From assembly GCF_006345805.1 (NCBI RefSeq), contig NC_043008.1, positions 46,376,001-46,440,000 on the forward strand: a stretch of DNA of 64,000 nt, given 5' to 3'. The notes beneath the pieces are model-generated. The model did not search any database. It was not told where the DNA came from and worked only from the letters and a program-made list of their open reading frames with translations. The DNA is from Octopus sinensis. Its lineage: Eukaryota. This document shows, piece by piece, positions 1 to 11,674 of this stretch (position 1 is its first letter; each line of letters starts with the position of its first letter). The position numbers and the translations under genes were made by a program.

Positions 1-1501
1 GATGCCAATACAAAAAAGTCAACAACAGTAAATTTCGCAGATATTCTTCGCCAGAAAAAGGAGATTGTTACATTCACAAATGAAGAGCTCATAGAAACAA
101 GAGCTCTCTTTACAACCCGTGGACAAGATTTAGTCCTGCATACACCTCAACATATAAAACAAGAAATAGAAAATAAGACAATTGTATATAAAATTATTAG
201 AAAAAACAAAAAACCAAATGAACAGATTACAAAATCTGATGTGGAGAAATGTTTAAAAAATATAATGAAAGAAAAAGAGTATATAAACTGGGGTCCCCAG
301 TTTAACACAGTAGTGGTCCGCTTCCCTAACCAGGAAGTGGCAAAAGTTCACTCTACTGAGTCTCTGGGAAATGATGAAATCATCATGGTCCCTTATTATA
401 AAAACCAGAGGGTGAGTAGAATTACTATCAGAAATGTACCCCCCGATATGCCGAACAAATGGATAACGGGCAATCTGTTACCACTTGAAAAAGATCAATA
501 TTCTAGAAACAGCCGTGTACCTAAACGACAATTGGGGTGGAAAAACAGTAGTTGTGACCATCCAGATTGAGGGGGCTTCTATCGAGAGCCTACCCGACAA
601 GATATACTTGGAGAATGGGCAATGCCTATATGTTATGGCAGAAGGCAAAAAGCCTAGATGCTACAAATGTGGCAGCCCCGAACATTTGATTGCCAAGTGC
701 GATCTGGTACAGAAAAAACAAGAAAGAACAATTCAGAAAACAAATAAAATCCCTTTGTTGCCAACACCAACACCAACACACTCAATTATGGAACAACGCC
801 AAGAAAAACAAAAAATCCCAACAACATCACCAAGAAAAACAGTACCAACACAATCACCGTTGACGTCACAACCAATTAAACTTGTTGAATCTTCAAAAAA
901 TCGACCCACACCCACACCCAGGACGACAATTAAAAAGACAGAAAACACTGACGAGAAGACAAATGCTACCCCTAACACCACAACAACACAAACACCGCAC
1001 AAAACATCAACAATTTATACAAGCATACATAGTGATCCTGTTCTTTTTCCTCTACCCCATACTGATACCTCGGACGACGAAAGTTCGACGGAATGGCAAA
1101 TAGCCACAGGGGGTAAAAGAAAAAGATCCAAAAAATCCACCAAAGAAGGAATTAAAGCAGGGAGATATCTCACTCAGGACAACATTCCCCTAGACAATCA
1201 AAAGAGTAATGAACCCGTAAAACCACACACACAACTAACTGCAATAGACACAGACAATAAAGAATTAATGGACTACATCAAATCTAACATGGTCGTCTGT
1301 GAAGATGATTTTAAGACTAACAATCATCCGCACACCACACCACCGAAACACATCAGAATTTTACACATAACACAAGCACAACACCACATACTGAAAACAT
1401 TATTTCCGAATGTGGTAGGCGGGTATCAACGATACCTGTCGAAAAAACTATACAAACACCTCATCAAAAACGATACAAAAGAAGAAGAAGAAAAAAATTA
1501 A
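1..1501 (+). pseudogene. ORF1 (gag-like, CCHC zinc knuckle), frameshifted near 470
   Basis: Frame 1 is open from base 1 (DANTKKSTTVNFADILRQKK...) to 570. Coding-like sequence continues in the 485-1501 frame (AICYHLKKINILE...CYKCGSPEHLIAKC, then T/P/K-rich tail). Start codon is upstream of the window. Confidence 0.8.
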
Positions 1502-1588
1502 ACTTTTAAAATGAGTAAGTGACCTCACTTCTTGCCTCTTGTCTCTTCTAATATAGTGTGTAAAACACAATTTTCGTAATTGTCAAGT

Positions 1589-4500
1589 ATGCTTAAATTA
1601 GGTTGTGTGAATGCGCGTGGCTTGGCGTCGGCTTGGAAGCAAGGTTACCTTCTAAACGACATCAAGTCACTGGACGTGGATATAGTAGCTATCAGCGAAA
1701 CCAGACTCAGTAAGCCGCGGGCCCTCGAGTCCATGTTTGGCAATCAATTTGACATTTATTTTTCTCCCTGTCTGCCGAACATGGGTGGTGGAGGTACTGC
1801 GGTGCTTTTTCGAAAGAGTCTAAAGGTAAAAGTAAGAGCAATATTCCTAGACCCGGAGGGTAGGCTGGTTGTCTTGGACGTGGATGGCAGAAATGGGTGT
1901 GCATTCCGTCTGATGGCAGTTTATGCACCGTCCTTAACGGGTCGGGCGGATTTCTTCAGACGTCTAGAGGTTTTCCTGGGTACGTCTAGACCTTTACTGT
2001 TAGTAGGGGATTGGAACGCTACCTTGGACACGCATCTAGATTATGTGGGAAAGGATAGGAATAGAAGGGGGTGTAAGAGCCTCAAAGACCTGCTCAGACG
2101 TTTCCATTTGTCTGACAGGTTCCGACTCGACCATCCGAACGTGCCAACGTGGACTTGGACAAACCGCGTCGGATCGTCGAGATCTTATCTAGATAGAATT
2201 CTATGCAGGACAGCGGATAGGGATAGTGTAGGATGTCCACAATTTAAAATAGTCAGCTACACAGATCACAAATTTCTTACGTGTACGCTCGACTTAGATA
2301 AAACACATAGGCAGGGTCCCGGTTACTGGAAACTGAACACGTCGCTGTTAGCGCGACAGGTTTACAGGAACCGGATTAGCGAGTTAATTAAGAGGGCGCT
2401 GACGGGAGCGGTCGTTAACAACCGCTGGTGGTACGCCCTGAAAATGGCAATAAAATCGGAATCAATTAGGTTTAGCAAGGAATTAGCGATAGAACGAAAT
2501 AGAGTAGAGGGAGACTTAGTTAAGAAACTAGAAGAGGCACTTACCACTGGCAGCGCAACCAACGTGCTAGCTGCGAGGATGGCCCTCGACCAACACCTCA
2601 ACGCCAAGCACGAAGGTTGCGTCGTCAGAGCTAAAATGCGTGCCTTAAGGAACGAAGGGATTGAAGCTGCGCGAGAGGCCCGGGTAGCGGAGGCGCAGCG
2701 TGGCAACAGATCAACCATTCGGTCTCTAATAGATCAACAGGGATGCAGTTTACTCGAACCCGAAAGGATGTGTGAGGCCTTTCAACAGCACTTTGCTCGA
2801 CTGTTTGGTGCGAGTGGTGGGTCGGAACGAGGGATGGATTTCAGTGCCTACCTGACCGACCTGCCGCGGCTCTCGGCAAGAGAGGCGGAGTGTTGTGAAA
2901 GTCCCATCACAGCCGCTGACGTGTGGGATGCGATGGCGGGCTGCGCGAGGGATAAGTCGCCTGGATTGGATGGTTTACCCTACGAGCTGTATTGTCGAAT
3001 GCCAGACTTGTTTGGCGAACTCTTGGCATCAGTCTACTGCAACTGGCAACAAAACGGGAGAATCCCCGGTTTCGTGAGCCGAGGTGCAGTGACGTTGCTG
3101 AAGAAAGACTCAAACAAGGGGAATTTTATAGATAATTTCAGGCCCATCACTCTGCTCAACGCAGATTTGAAAATTTTGGCCAAAGTAATAGCCGAGAGGT
3201 TGGCGCTTGTCATTGGTGGGGCGCTGATAAATTTGGATCAGTCTAAAGCCTTCGATAGGGTCGACCATCGGTACTTGGCGGCCGTCCTCAGGGCGGCTGG
3301 CTTCGGTCCCGTCTTCCGCGGTTGGATCGCTGCCTTGTATAGCGGCATCCGATCGGTGATTCGGGTAAACGGTCACCTGTCTAAACCGTTTGACATCACG
3401 CGTTCGGTCCGTCAGGGGTGTCCCCTGTCGGCGCTTCTGTATGTATTGACTCTCGAGCCGCTACTGCGGAAGCTGGCGACACTGAGGGGCATCCCACGGG
3501 AACTGGGTTGCGGGACGAGCGTGTCGGCATATGCGGACGATGTCACCGTCATAGTGTCGAGCTACCAGCACATCGAGCTGGTCGGCGAGACACTAAGAAA
3601 ATATGAAACGGTGACGGGAGCAAAGATTAACCCGGAAAAGTCAGTGGGTTTGCTACTCGGCACCTGGAGAAGCAAGCCCATGCCGTCCGACTGCGGCTCA
3701 GTAGTGGGACGCTGGACGGACGGACCGGTTAAATTGCTCGGGGTCTGGTTCAGTCCGGACCTCCAAATGGATAAGAACTGGGACGAGATCACGAGTAGAG
3801 TGGTCGCTCTCAGCCAAACATGGGCCGAGAGAAAGCTGTCTCTAAAAGGCCGGGCGGAGGTGGCGAACGCGTACATCGCATCCGTCATCGATTACCGCCT
3901 GACCGTCGTACCTTGTCCCGACGCCACCATCACCAAACTGGAACGCATACTCTTCCGCTTCCTGTGGAAGGGTGGCGTTCCGATGGTGAGGAAGTCCATT
4001 TGCTGTCAACATCCGTTGAATGGAGGACTGGGCATGCCGTGGTTGATGATGCGCAGGCATGCGCTGAGGCTGCGACATCTCTGGAAATTCATCGTCGACG
4101 GTGAACAGGTGTGGGCGCCGTTTGTGAGGCGCGACTTCCCGCAGCTCGTCTCACTAACCGAACTGCAAACGTGGATCAAAAAGAGACCGAAACTGGGCGA
4201 TTGGCACCGAGAGTGTCGCCAAGCTCTACAGCAGCTCTGCCGACCGGGGTCAAACTTGTGCAACTTCCAAACGACTAAAGAGTTCTATAGAGGACTAGTG
4301 GAGGGGAGGTCCGACGACACACTCGGGGCAAACCTGGGCGTCGACGAGGAATTCCTAACCCGCCTGTTCAGGACGACGTTCGGGCCGGGGCCTATGGATA
4401 ACTTCCAGAAATCCCTGGCTTGGCAGTGCTATCGAGACGCACTACCTGTTCGAGAGAAGAGCTACAGACACGGTTCGAAAACCATCACCGGACCGACCTG

Positions 4501-4918
4501 CCCGAGATGCGGTCAGAGCGACGAAACCGTTCTGCACGCACTCGTGCAGTGTCCAGATATTTCAGAGCTGTGGTCCTTCGTCGAACAGCTGTTGTCACGT
4601 GTAGGTCAGGCTCGCCTATCGGCCGAGTCTATTGTGAATATTGTTCCACCACCTTCCTTTAAACGGGAAGGGAAAACGGTTTTCGTTACGCTGATGGCTA
4701 TGGCGAAAGAATGTGTGTGGTGGACGCGTTTGAAAGGACTGCAAACAAACACCTTCCTCTCTGGTCAGTCTCTCGTCAACTTTTTCAAGTACCACTTGAA
4801 AAGGAGGATGAGAATAGAGAGGAAGGCTTTGTCGAACGAATGTTTTAATAAAAAGTGGGTAAAAGTGGCAAAAATGGTCAGTATGAAAGACGACACTATT
4901 TTAAGCATAAATCTGTAA
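1589..4918 (+). CDS. ORF2 polyprotein: AP endonuclease, reverse transcriptase, zinc finger (RT has an apparent in-frame deletion)
   Basis: APE motifs NARG, ISET, GDWN, YLDR, TDH, GYWKLN; RT motifs SPGLDG, NFRPITLLN, LDQSKAFD, QGCPLS, YADD (3530-3541); C-terminal CPRC...ETVLHALVQC. First ATG at 1589. Confidence 0.93.
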   Translation: MLKLGCVNARGLASAWKQGYLLNDIKSLDVDIVAISETRLSKPRALESMFGNQFDIYFSPCLPNMGGGGTAVLFRKSLKVKVRAIFLDPEGRLVVLDVDGRNGCAFRLMAVYAPSLTGRADFFRRLEVFLGTSRPLLLVGDWNATLDTHLDYVGKDRNRRGCKSLKDLLRRFHLSDRFRLDHPNVPTWTWTNRVGSSRSYLDRILCRTADRDSVGCPQFKIVSYTDHKFLTCTLDLDKTHRQGPGYWKLNTSLLARQVYRNRISELIKRALTGAVVNNRWWYALKMAIKSESIRFSKELAIERNRVEGDLVKKLEEALTTGSATNVLAARMALDQHLNAKHEGCVVRAKMRALRNEGIEAAREARVAEAQRGNRSTIRSLIDQQGCSLLEPERMCEAFQQHFARLFGASGGSERGMDFSAYLTDLPRLSAREAECCESPITAADVWDAMAGCARDKSPGLDGLPYELYCRMPDLFGELLASVYCNWQQNGRIPGFVSRGAVTLLKKDSNKGNFIDNFRPITLLNADLKILAKVIAERLALVIGGALINLDQSKAFDRVDHRYLAAVLRAAGFGPVFRGWIAALYSGIRSVIRVNGHLSKPFDITRSVRQGCPLSALLYVLTLEPLLRKLATLRGIPRELGCGTSVSAYADDVTVIVSSYQHIELVGETLRKYETVTGAKINPEKSVGLLLGTWRSKPMPSDCGSVVGRWTDGPVKLLGVWFSPDLQMDKNWDEITSRVVALSQTWAERKLSLKGRAEVANAYIASVIDYRLTVVPCPDATITKLERILFRFLWKGGVPMVRKSICCQHPLNGGLGMPWLMMRRHALRLRHLWKFIVDGEQVWAPFVRRDFPQLVSLTELQTWIKKRPKLGDWHRECRQALQQLCRPGSNLCNFQTTKEFYRGLVEGRSDDTLGANLGVDEEFLTRLFRTTFGPGPMDNFQKSLAWQCYRDALPVREKSYRHGSKTITGPTCPRCGQSDETVLHALVQCPDISELWSFVEQLLSRVGQARLSAESIVNIVPPPSFKREGKTVFVTLMAMAKECVWWTRLKGLQTNTFLSGQSLVNFFKYHLKRRMRIERKALSNECFNKKWVKVAKMVSMKDDTILSINL

Positions 4919-5220
4919 CCAAAAGAGACAACGAGAAGTAAGGCGACTTACTCATGTGTTCTTTTTCGAATTGCCTGAGGTGACCTTGGTCTTTTTTGTA
5001 GGTTTTTCTTTCCAAGACAACACCTAAACTGTGAACCTTATATATATATATATATATATTGCTTTTTTATACACCACACAACCCACAGATCCCTATTGAT
5101 CAAACGTTTTTTTTTTTTTTTTTCTTGCCCCACCCATCCCACCTCGAAAAGAAAAAATTCTACATTGTATTTCGTCCATTTTTATTCTGTGTTTAGCCCT
5201 GTGTGGCTACAATAAAAAGT

Positions 5221-5257
5221 TATCTATCTATCTATCTATCTATCTATCCATCTATCT
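5221..5257. repeat. (TATC)n microsatellite abutting the Tx1 3' end
   Basis: Tandem tatc units begin 4 nt after AATAAA. Confidence 0.9.
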
Positions 5258-5495
5258 GTGTGTGTGTATGTATGCATATACATGTGTGTGATTGCATTTA
5301 TGTATGCATGTGTTTACATACACATATCTGTGCGCGAGAGTGTCTTTGTCTGTGTGTGGCCAACTGCTTGTACATATTTGTGGATCTGCCAATAGATATT
5401 ATAAATAATTGGAGTTTGAGAGGTAAAAACGCAGATGAAGTTTGTTGCAGGATAAATTCATGAAAGATTGAAAGACTATGATTACTGTGCTTCTG

Positions 5496-5533
<38 letters not shown>

Positions 5534-7189
5534 GAATGGATTGAGGTAGGGGGAGGCATATAATCTAGAGAGTAGGAAAATGCATTAAATGAAAATAATA
5601 TAAAAATGCAGTAAGTAAAATTAGGAGGCAGAATATGTGAGTAGTAGTAGGAGGAGAAGCAGATTGGCGAATAGAAATAAACGTGTTGAATGAAGATTTT
5701 ATGTGATGGTTAAATGGGAAAAAGTTTGATTGGACAAGTTTGAAATGAAGGGGATTATAATTATGAAGCCGAAATTAATCGTGTTAATGAACTTATGTAA
5801 AAAGATTTTGGAGATAAAACTAGAGAATATGGAGGTAGAGGAAATATGAAATTGATTAATCAATATGTTTTAGCAGATTAAAAGCTTTGGAAGGGTGATT
5901 AGGGATCTATTTTTAATGCGTTGATATATAAACAAGATAATAAATGTTTTGGAGTATATGATCTAAGTAAATTGTTTTATAATTATATTAAATAAAAGAA
6001 CAGATTAAATCATTAAAACAAAAATTCTAATCAACATAAATAAGCTTAAAGCGAAAGGAAATTAATGTAACTTGTGTTAAAATGTGAAGACATGTAGGTA
6101 TTAAAATAATATTATAAAGGAAAGGTAGGAGATACATTTTATGAGGAGCCACTTAAATTATGCGTATGGATATTGTATAGAGTGTTCTGAATAAGTAAAT
6201 AAAACAAAGCACTCAAGAGTTATGATGGCAAAGTAAACTGAAAATATTAAATTCAAAGTTTCAAGTGACATGATTAAAATAATAAATATTTAGAGGATGA
6301 TAAATATACGAAAAGAATTCACGCTAATCTATTACATGTAAGATTTCAATATATATAGGAGCAATATATAATCATTTCTGTCAACTATATGTGTGCGTGT
6401 GTGTATTCATACACGCATACAGACATATATAAATTAATAACAAGGCGAAGAGATTTATATATCCAGTTTTATTCTTCTGACAATCGTACCTTTCGAATTC
6501 TGCATCTACATATGTTTTCTACAGCAATTTCGTGCACTCTACAAAATTTTGCTTCTTGGTGTGTATTTTGGTATTACTTGTCGCTTCTTCGGGGTATTAA
6601 ATACACCATTTTGGAATCCATCTGAACTAAAGAGTTGTGCAACCAAAACGGCCATACAAATGGTAGAAGTAATCTAAACATAACCTTCAGAAAACCAAGT
6701 GACCGGCTGTCCAAGAATGGGTCAGTCATCACCAAATGCATTTTTCCTTGGAGTGGTGAATGGTATTATATTTATTATCAGGTTACTTAGTGTATGTTAT
6801 TGTCGTTACTATTGTTATCGTCCCTATCGCTGCTGCTCTCATTACTACTCTTATTAATGTTATTGTTAATAACGAGCTATTGTTCTATTTTTTCATTTAC
6901 TAATTTTACAATTAAATTTATGCATATAGTTAATTATGTTCCCTTTTTCCTGTTTAATATTCATTAAGTTTATTTTTATTTATATTTAATCAGCTACTCT
7001 ACTTGATATTGTTTTCTTGACTTCTATTAAAATTTTAGTATTACACCTCATTCAATCACTTAATTCTATTAAATATATGTTTTAACTAATGAACACAACG
7101 TTTGCTCACTGAAGTCTATGGTTTATTAATTCGTATTTTGATGTATTTAGGGAATTTCTTTAACACATAATTCACACCGTTTGCTTCCA

Positions 7190-8750
7190 CTACTCAATGG
7201 TTTGGCTCTACTAAATGTTTCCCAGGTAATTTGCGGTTCTGTATTTAATTGTCTGCTTAATCAAAGTGTTCGTAACAGCAGATTATTATCAGTACAAAAT
7301 GTCAAAAGCACTTCTCCATTTTATCACATCTCCCATCTCATATCGTCCTAAAAGAGGCCATGAAATGTAGACATTTCCAACTCGTGCATTGCAATCTTCC
7401 AATATGACCAGAAATTTGTCCTTTCATTAATAATTGTGCTGATTCATCATAAAACTACGGTTTTATTAGGAAGAGAGGATCTTTACCTTTTGAACGGCAG
7501 ACAATTTCTAGTTAACTAAACATTTTAAAACTTCGTATACTGGTAGAATGTATCAAAACAAAACAATTTTTTCTCTTGGCTTTCTTGAGAAAATTGTAAT
7601 TTATTTGTTTAACGTAGTTTAATTTTTCAAATTTTAACTAATCCTATGCTCTCTTTTGAGCAAAAATCATTTGCTGCGTCTAAAACTGAGGTAACATCCT
7701 GTAACTAACCCTCACCCAAACCCTGATTTTTTTTCTTAATTGGTACACTAATTTAATTGTTACGCGTGTAAAAAACACTAAAGCAATGGAAAATAATTTA
7801 AACAATTAACAAACAAGATAATTATTTAATTTTATACACACGCTTTCCGTACGTATACGGAAAGCGTGTGTATAAAATAGAATTATTTTGTATGTTAATT
7901 ATTTTCCATTGCATTAGTTTTTTTTACACGCGTAACAATTAAATTAATTTAACAATTAAGAAAAAAATTTAGGGTTAGGTTAGGGCTAGGGTGAGGGTAA
8001 GGGTTAGTTACAGGATGTTATCTCAATTTTAGACGCAGCAAATGTTGTTTACCTAAATGGAGGTAATCGATTGGCTAAAATTGCCGAAATGCTCGGATTT
8101 TTAGACGGAATATCTTACAAACTATAGAATTTTCTCAATAAAACCAAGAGAAAATGATGTTTTATAAACACATTCTACCAGTATACGAAGTTTAAAAGTG
8201 TTTAGTTAACTAGAAATTGTGATGACATCTGCTGTTCAAAAGGAAAAGATCCGGAAGAGACTTTGTTGGTTCACAAAAACTGACAACGGCAAGAAACCAA
8301 CCTTTGTTTTAGTTTTATGTCGCATGACATAGGTCGTTCAGATTTACAACTTGCAGAGGATACCATGGAGGATACCAAGGAAATCTTGAGTGCACACCCA
8401 ACACCAGATTCTCTACGCTGACCCTCAGGTAGCCCTCTCCAGAAGATAATATATCCATGTGTAGGTTCGTTTATATGACCCTCACAGGAGAGACGATTTT
8501 CAGAGAGCGCAACAATATCAAACGAATACTTTTTTGAACTCACGTGCAAGAAGTGCAGTAGGACTTTCTGATCTTCTTTTAAAATAATCATCTAAGATTG
8601 TGCGCACATTCCAACAGCCAAACTTCAGAGGGTATTTATTCTGTCTTCGTCTTGAAGATAGTTTGACCACAGTGGTAGGAAGACAGCCTGACCCACCCCG
8701 TGACACACTGGGTACGTGCCAAGCCAGATCTGTTTCCCTGACGTTCATAC
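7190..8750 (-). mobile_element. Degenerate RTE-clade LINE 5' part (endonuclease), interrupted by the 7477-8252 palindrome
   Basis: Right part: LKFGCWNVRTILD...TALLARE...DIVALSENRL...GYIIFWRG...RRESGVG. Left part, read manually: FLVILEDCNARVG...WPLLGRY...NGEVLLTFC, matching the RTE GDFNARVG...NG.LL..C segment. Confidence 0.8.
7477..8252. mobile_element. Palindromic (fold-back) non-autonomous DNA transposon, 8-bp TSD, possibly Merlin superfamily
   Basis: Ends GGATC...GATCC; perfect TSD GGAAGAGA (7469-7476, 8253-8260); arms fold on a centre near 7852; internal CCCTAA/TTAGGG-like tracts. Confidence 0.88.
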
Positions 8751-9447
8751 ATACACAAAAAATAAAATAAAATAAATATAAAAGAAATGACTGCCTTAGG
8801 ACACGTGTGAGAATAACTGTAATTTGTGAAAGTACTTAACACAATGCAAAACGTCATTCAGAAAGGTCCTTGTCGTTCCATTTTTGTTTTTTTAATATTT
8901 ATATTATTAGTAATTTTCAGTTACTGGCTTTTATACATGTGTGTGTGTGTATATATGCGCGCTTGTATGGCTGTGGGTGTGTGAGGGTGTTTGCAGTGTA
9001 TACAAGTATCATAATTGCATAGCGACATTTAAAACTAGAAGCCGTATGAGAAGGCGTGATGAGTATGTCATCAAATGAAATCTCATTGAAGCAGGACGGG
9101 TGGGGGTTGTCAACTCATGGGAGTATTTAGCCACTGAGTCCAAAGGATGGCACCGGTCTACAAACTAAGGTTCAACCTTTGCAAGGTGGAAAACATGAGT
9201 ATTCTGCAATCTGTGTAGTAACGCTTGTTGCTGTAATATTAGATTAAATTCTTACGAAATAAGTAATTCTCGTTGATGAAGCTACATTTTGTTTGGAAAA
9301 ACTTTAAGTCAGTAAACATTAATTTGGCCAAAGAATGGTCAGCAAATTAGGAGGATCGTCAGCAGTTACGTGTTCTGCACTGGTGATCAGGTAAGCATTA
9401 TTGCAGCTAATGCTCACTTCTCATGTACAAGTGAAGGAACTGCATAA

Positions 9448-9745
9448 GTCTCAAGTGGTTAGAGCAGCGGTCTCGCGGTTGTAGGATCGCGGTTTCGATT
9501 GTTAGACCCGGCGTTGTGAGTGTTTATTGAACGAAAATACGAGGCTCCGTCAGTGGGGGGGGGGGCGGTGTCGATCCCTGCTGTACTCTTTCGCCACAAC
9601 TTTCTCTCACTCTTTCTTCTGTTGGCCTGCTCCCTTAGCCAGTGGGGTGACGTCATTTGAAGGCTAAAACAATGCCAAGCGCATTGTGACAAGTGATGTG
9701 TAGCAACAGCTGATAGCCTGGTTGGTCACAGTGGGCACGGTGATA
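9448..9745 (+). mobile_element. tRNA-derived SINE (degenerate)
   Basis: A-box-like agtggttagagc and B-box-like ggtttcgatt followed by a GC-richer body. Confidence 0.6.
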
Positions 9746-11039
9746 CCCAAACCACAGAATAGTAACAACGTTTGTTTTTCCCTTCCTAGTTTTTGTTATT
9801 CAAATCTATTTGAATCTGAATTTAGCAGAGGAATGGCTCACAATATTACTGCATTCACTCACAGCCAGCGCTAGTGGACGTACTGCTATCTAAATACCGC
9901 CCCACCGACTCTTATTTCAGCATATCCTCTTTCAAGACAATTGTTCTTATAAAATCTTGGCATTTCAAATTCCTCTCAAGCCCGATTTCCTTCTCGGTCG
10001 ACCACCATCACTGGTGTTTTTGTGCCTCCGTGCAATGTTAACAGAGAAACGTTCAACAAATACTGGCTTTAGACTTGTTGTTTACAACTGGTGTCTTCTC
10101 TTTTTACTGCAGAAATGTTAATAACTCTCGTAACTTCGGTGATGTTACAGATTTAATAGGATGATGATTTAGTCCGCATCAGCCTGACCGTGTACAAGTT
10201 TCTACTGAATCCCATAAAGTATGAGAATCTCTGGACATTAATCCATTTCCGTTTGAGAATAATTCACATCATTTAGTTCCAAATGAAATAGAAATATATG
10301 AGAAACGCCAGCAACCTTTAACTGGCAAGGAAAACGTATAGAACCTACCAGCCGCTCTTTTGTTTTGGTTTGTGATTTTATTATTTAATTAATGCAAGAC
10401 TTGTCTTGCCTATGTGAAATGTGTTTTCTATCATGTACATTCGTGTATATATTTGTTTAGTTTTCGCTATGAAAATCCTTTAATGGTGCAAAGTCTCACA
10501 GCATGAGAAATAGCTCGTCCAAATCAATTTATTATAATCTACTGCTCGTTTACATTAATCACTATCCTCTTCGTCTCAACTAACCTAACATCATCCATTT
10601 ATACTGTGCAGCTGGAAACCAAATATTCTCCATAAATATGGTTGAGAATCACAATAAATAATGAAAAAAATCACAAACACGCTCGATGAAAATATCGACG
10701 CATCACGGAAAAAAAAAAGATTCTGTCTCCCCCTCCGGTAAATCTGAAAACTTAAATTATGTTGAGACAAAGGGGAAGAAATTGATAAAGATGTGTGAAT
10801 CCCTGTAAGGATGATAAATTAGACTTCAAAACAATAAAAATCTCACCTCACAAATCAAAGCCGGAAATATTTGAAGACAACTTAATCATGCTTATAAAAG
10901 CCCCAGAATCTATAATTACAGAAATATTTTCAAAATGAATAAAATTAACAATCAATGGCCTTCAGAATATTGGCAAAATATTCCTGCGTGTTGATATGAC
11001 GAATTATGTTGTTTACGAATGAATCGTCTTAGATAAATC

Positions 11040-11546
11040 ATTGAATGTAGGATGGTAGTTTTGATCATGTGAGAAAAGAATCCCAACGAGATAGATTTAT
11101 AGTAAGACCCGAATGCTTTAGCAGCAAAGGAGATTGGTTTAGAACTGTAGAATATTTAGTTACACAATTCATCCAACTCTCGGGATTTTGTAATCGTGAA
11201 ATACTGTTTAGGTTCTCTTAGACATCAACACCTCTTTGAACGAATTGAGCGAAATTGCCGATTTATGAATCACCTGTGACACAGAACAATATATTTTACC
11301 ATTGAAGATAATCCTTTCAAAGCCAGATATACGCAGACTATCTAGTTAACAAAACGTTTTCCAATTCATTGGCAAACTAATCTAGCAGTTGAAGAAGACT
11401 AAAGTTATACAAAGACATAAGGTTCTTTAGAAGATGGGGGCAAACGCTAGATATCGTCTGCATAAAATATAAGACAAAACATTGAGAGCGATTATATTTT
11501 GGCGTGGAAGTGAACATGTAAAACAAATTATTGAATTAGACACGTG
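11040..11546 (+). mobile_element. Highly degenerate mariner-like remnant
   Basis: Faint similarity to a mariner C-terminus and TIR-like end aattattgaattagacacgtg; no open frame. Confidence 0.3.
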
Positions 11547-11634
11547 AATGTCATTTTTAGAGAACTATAGATATTCCAGTATGAAATCCTTGTTCATAAT
11601 CGATACGTAAAATCAATAATAATCTCGCATCATT

Positions 11635-11674
<40 letters not shown>

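Larger units (their letters stand above)
1..5220 (+). mobile_element. Tx1/L1-clade non-LTR retrotransposon (5' end lies outside the window)
   Basis: ORF1 with CCHC knuckle; ORF2 with APE endonuclease, RT and C-terminal zinc finger; 3' UTR ends in stem-loop + AATAAA (5211-5216) running into (TATC)n. Confidence 0.95.

Noticed and set aside
733-4662. Short ORFs overlapping Tx1 ORF1/ORF2
   Set aside because: Shadow frames of the element with no recognisable motifs.
5540-6350. Possible ancient Penelope remnant in a purine-rich stretch
   Set aside because: No motif could be read with confidence.
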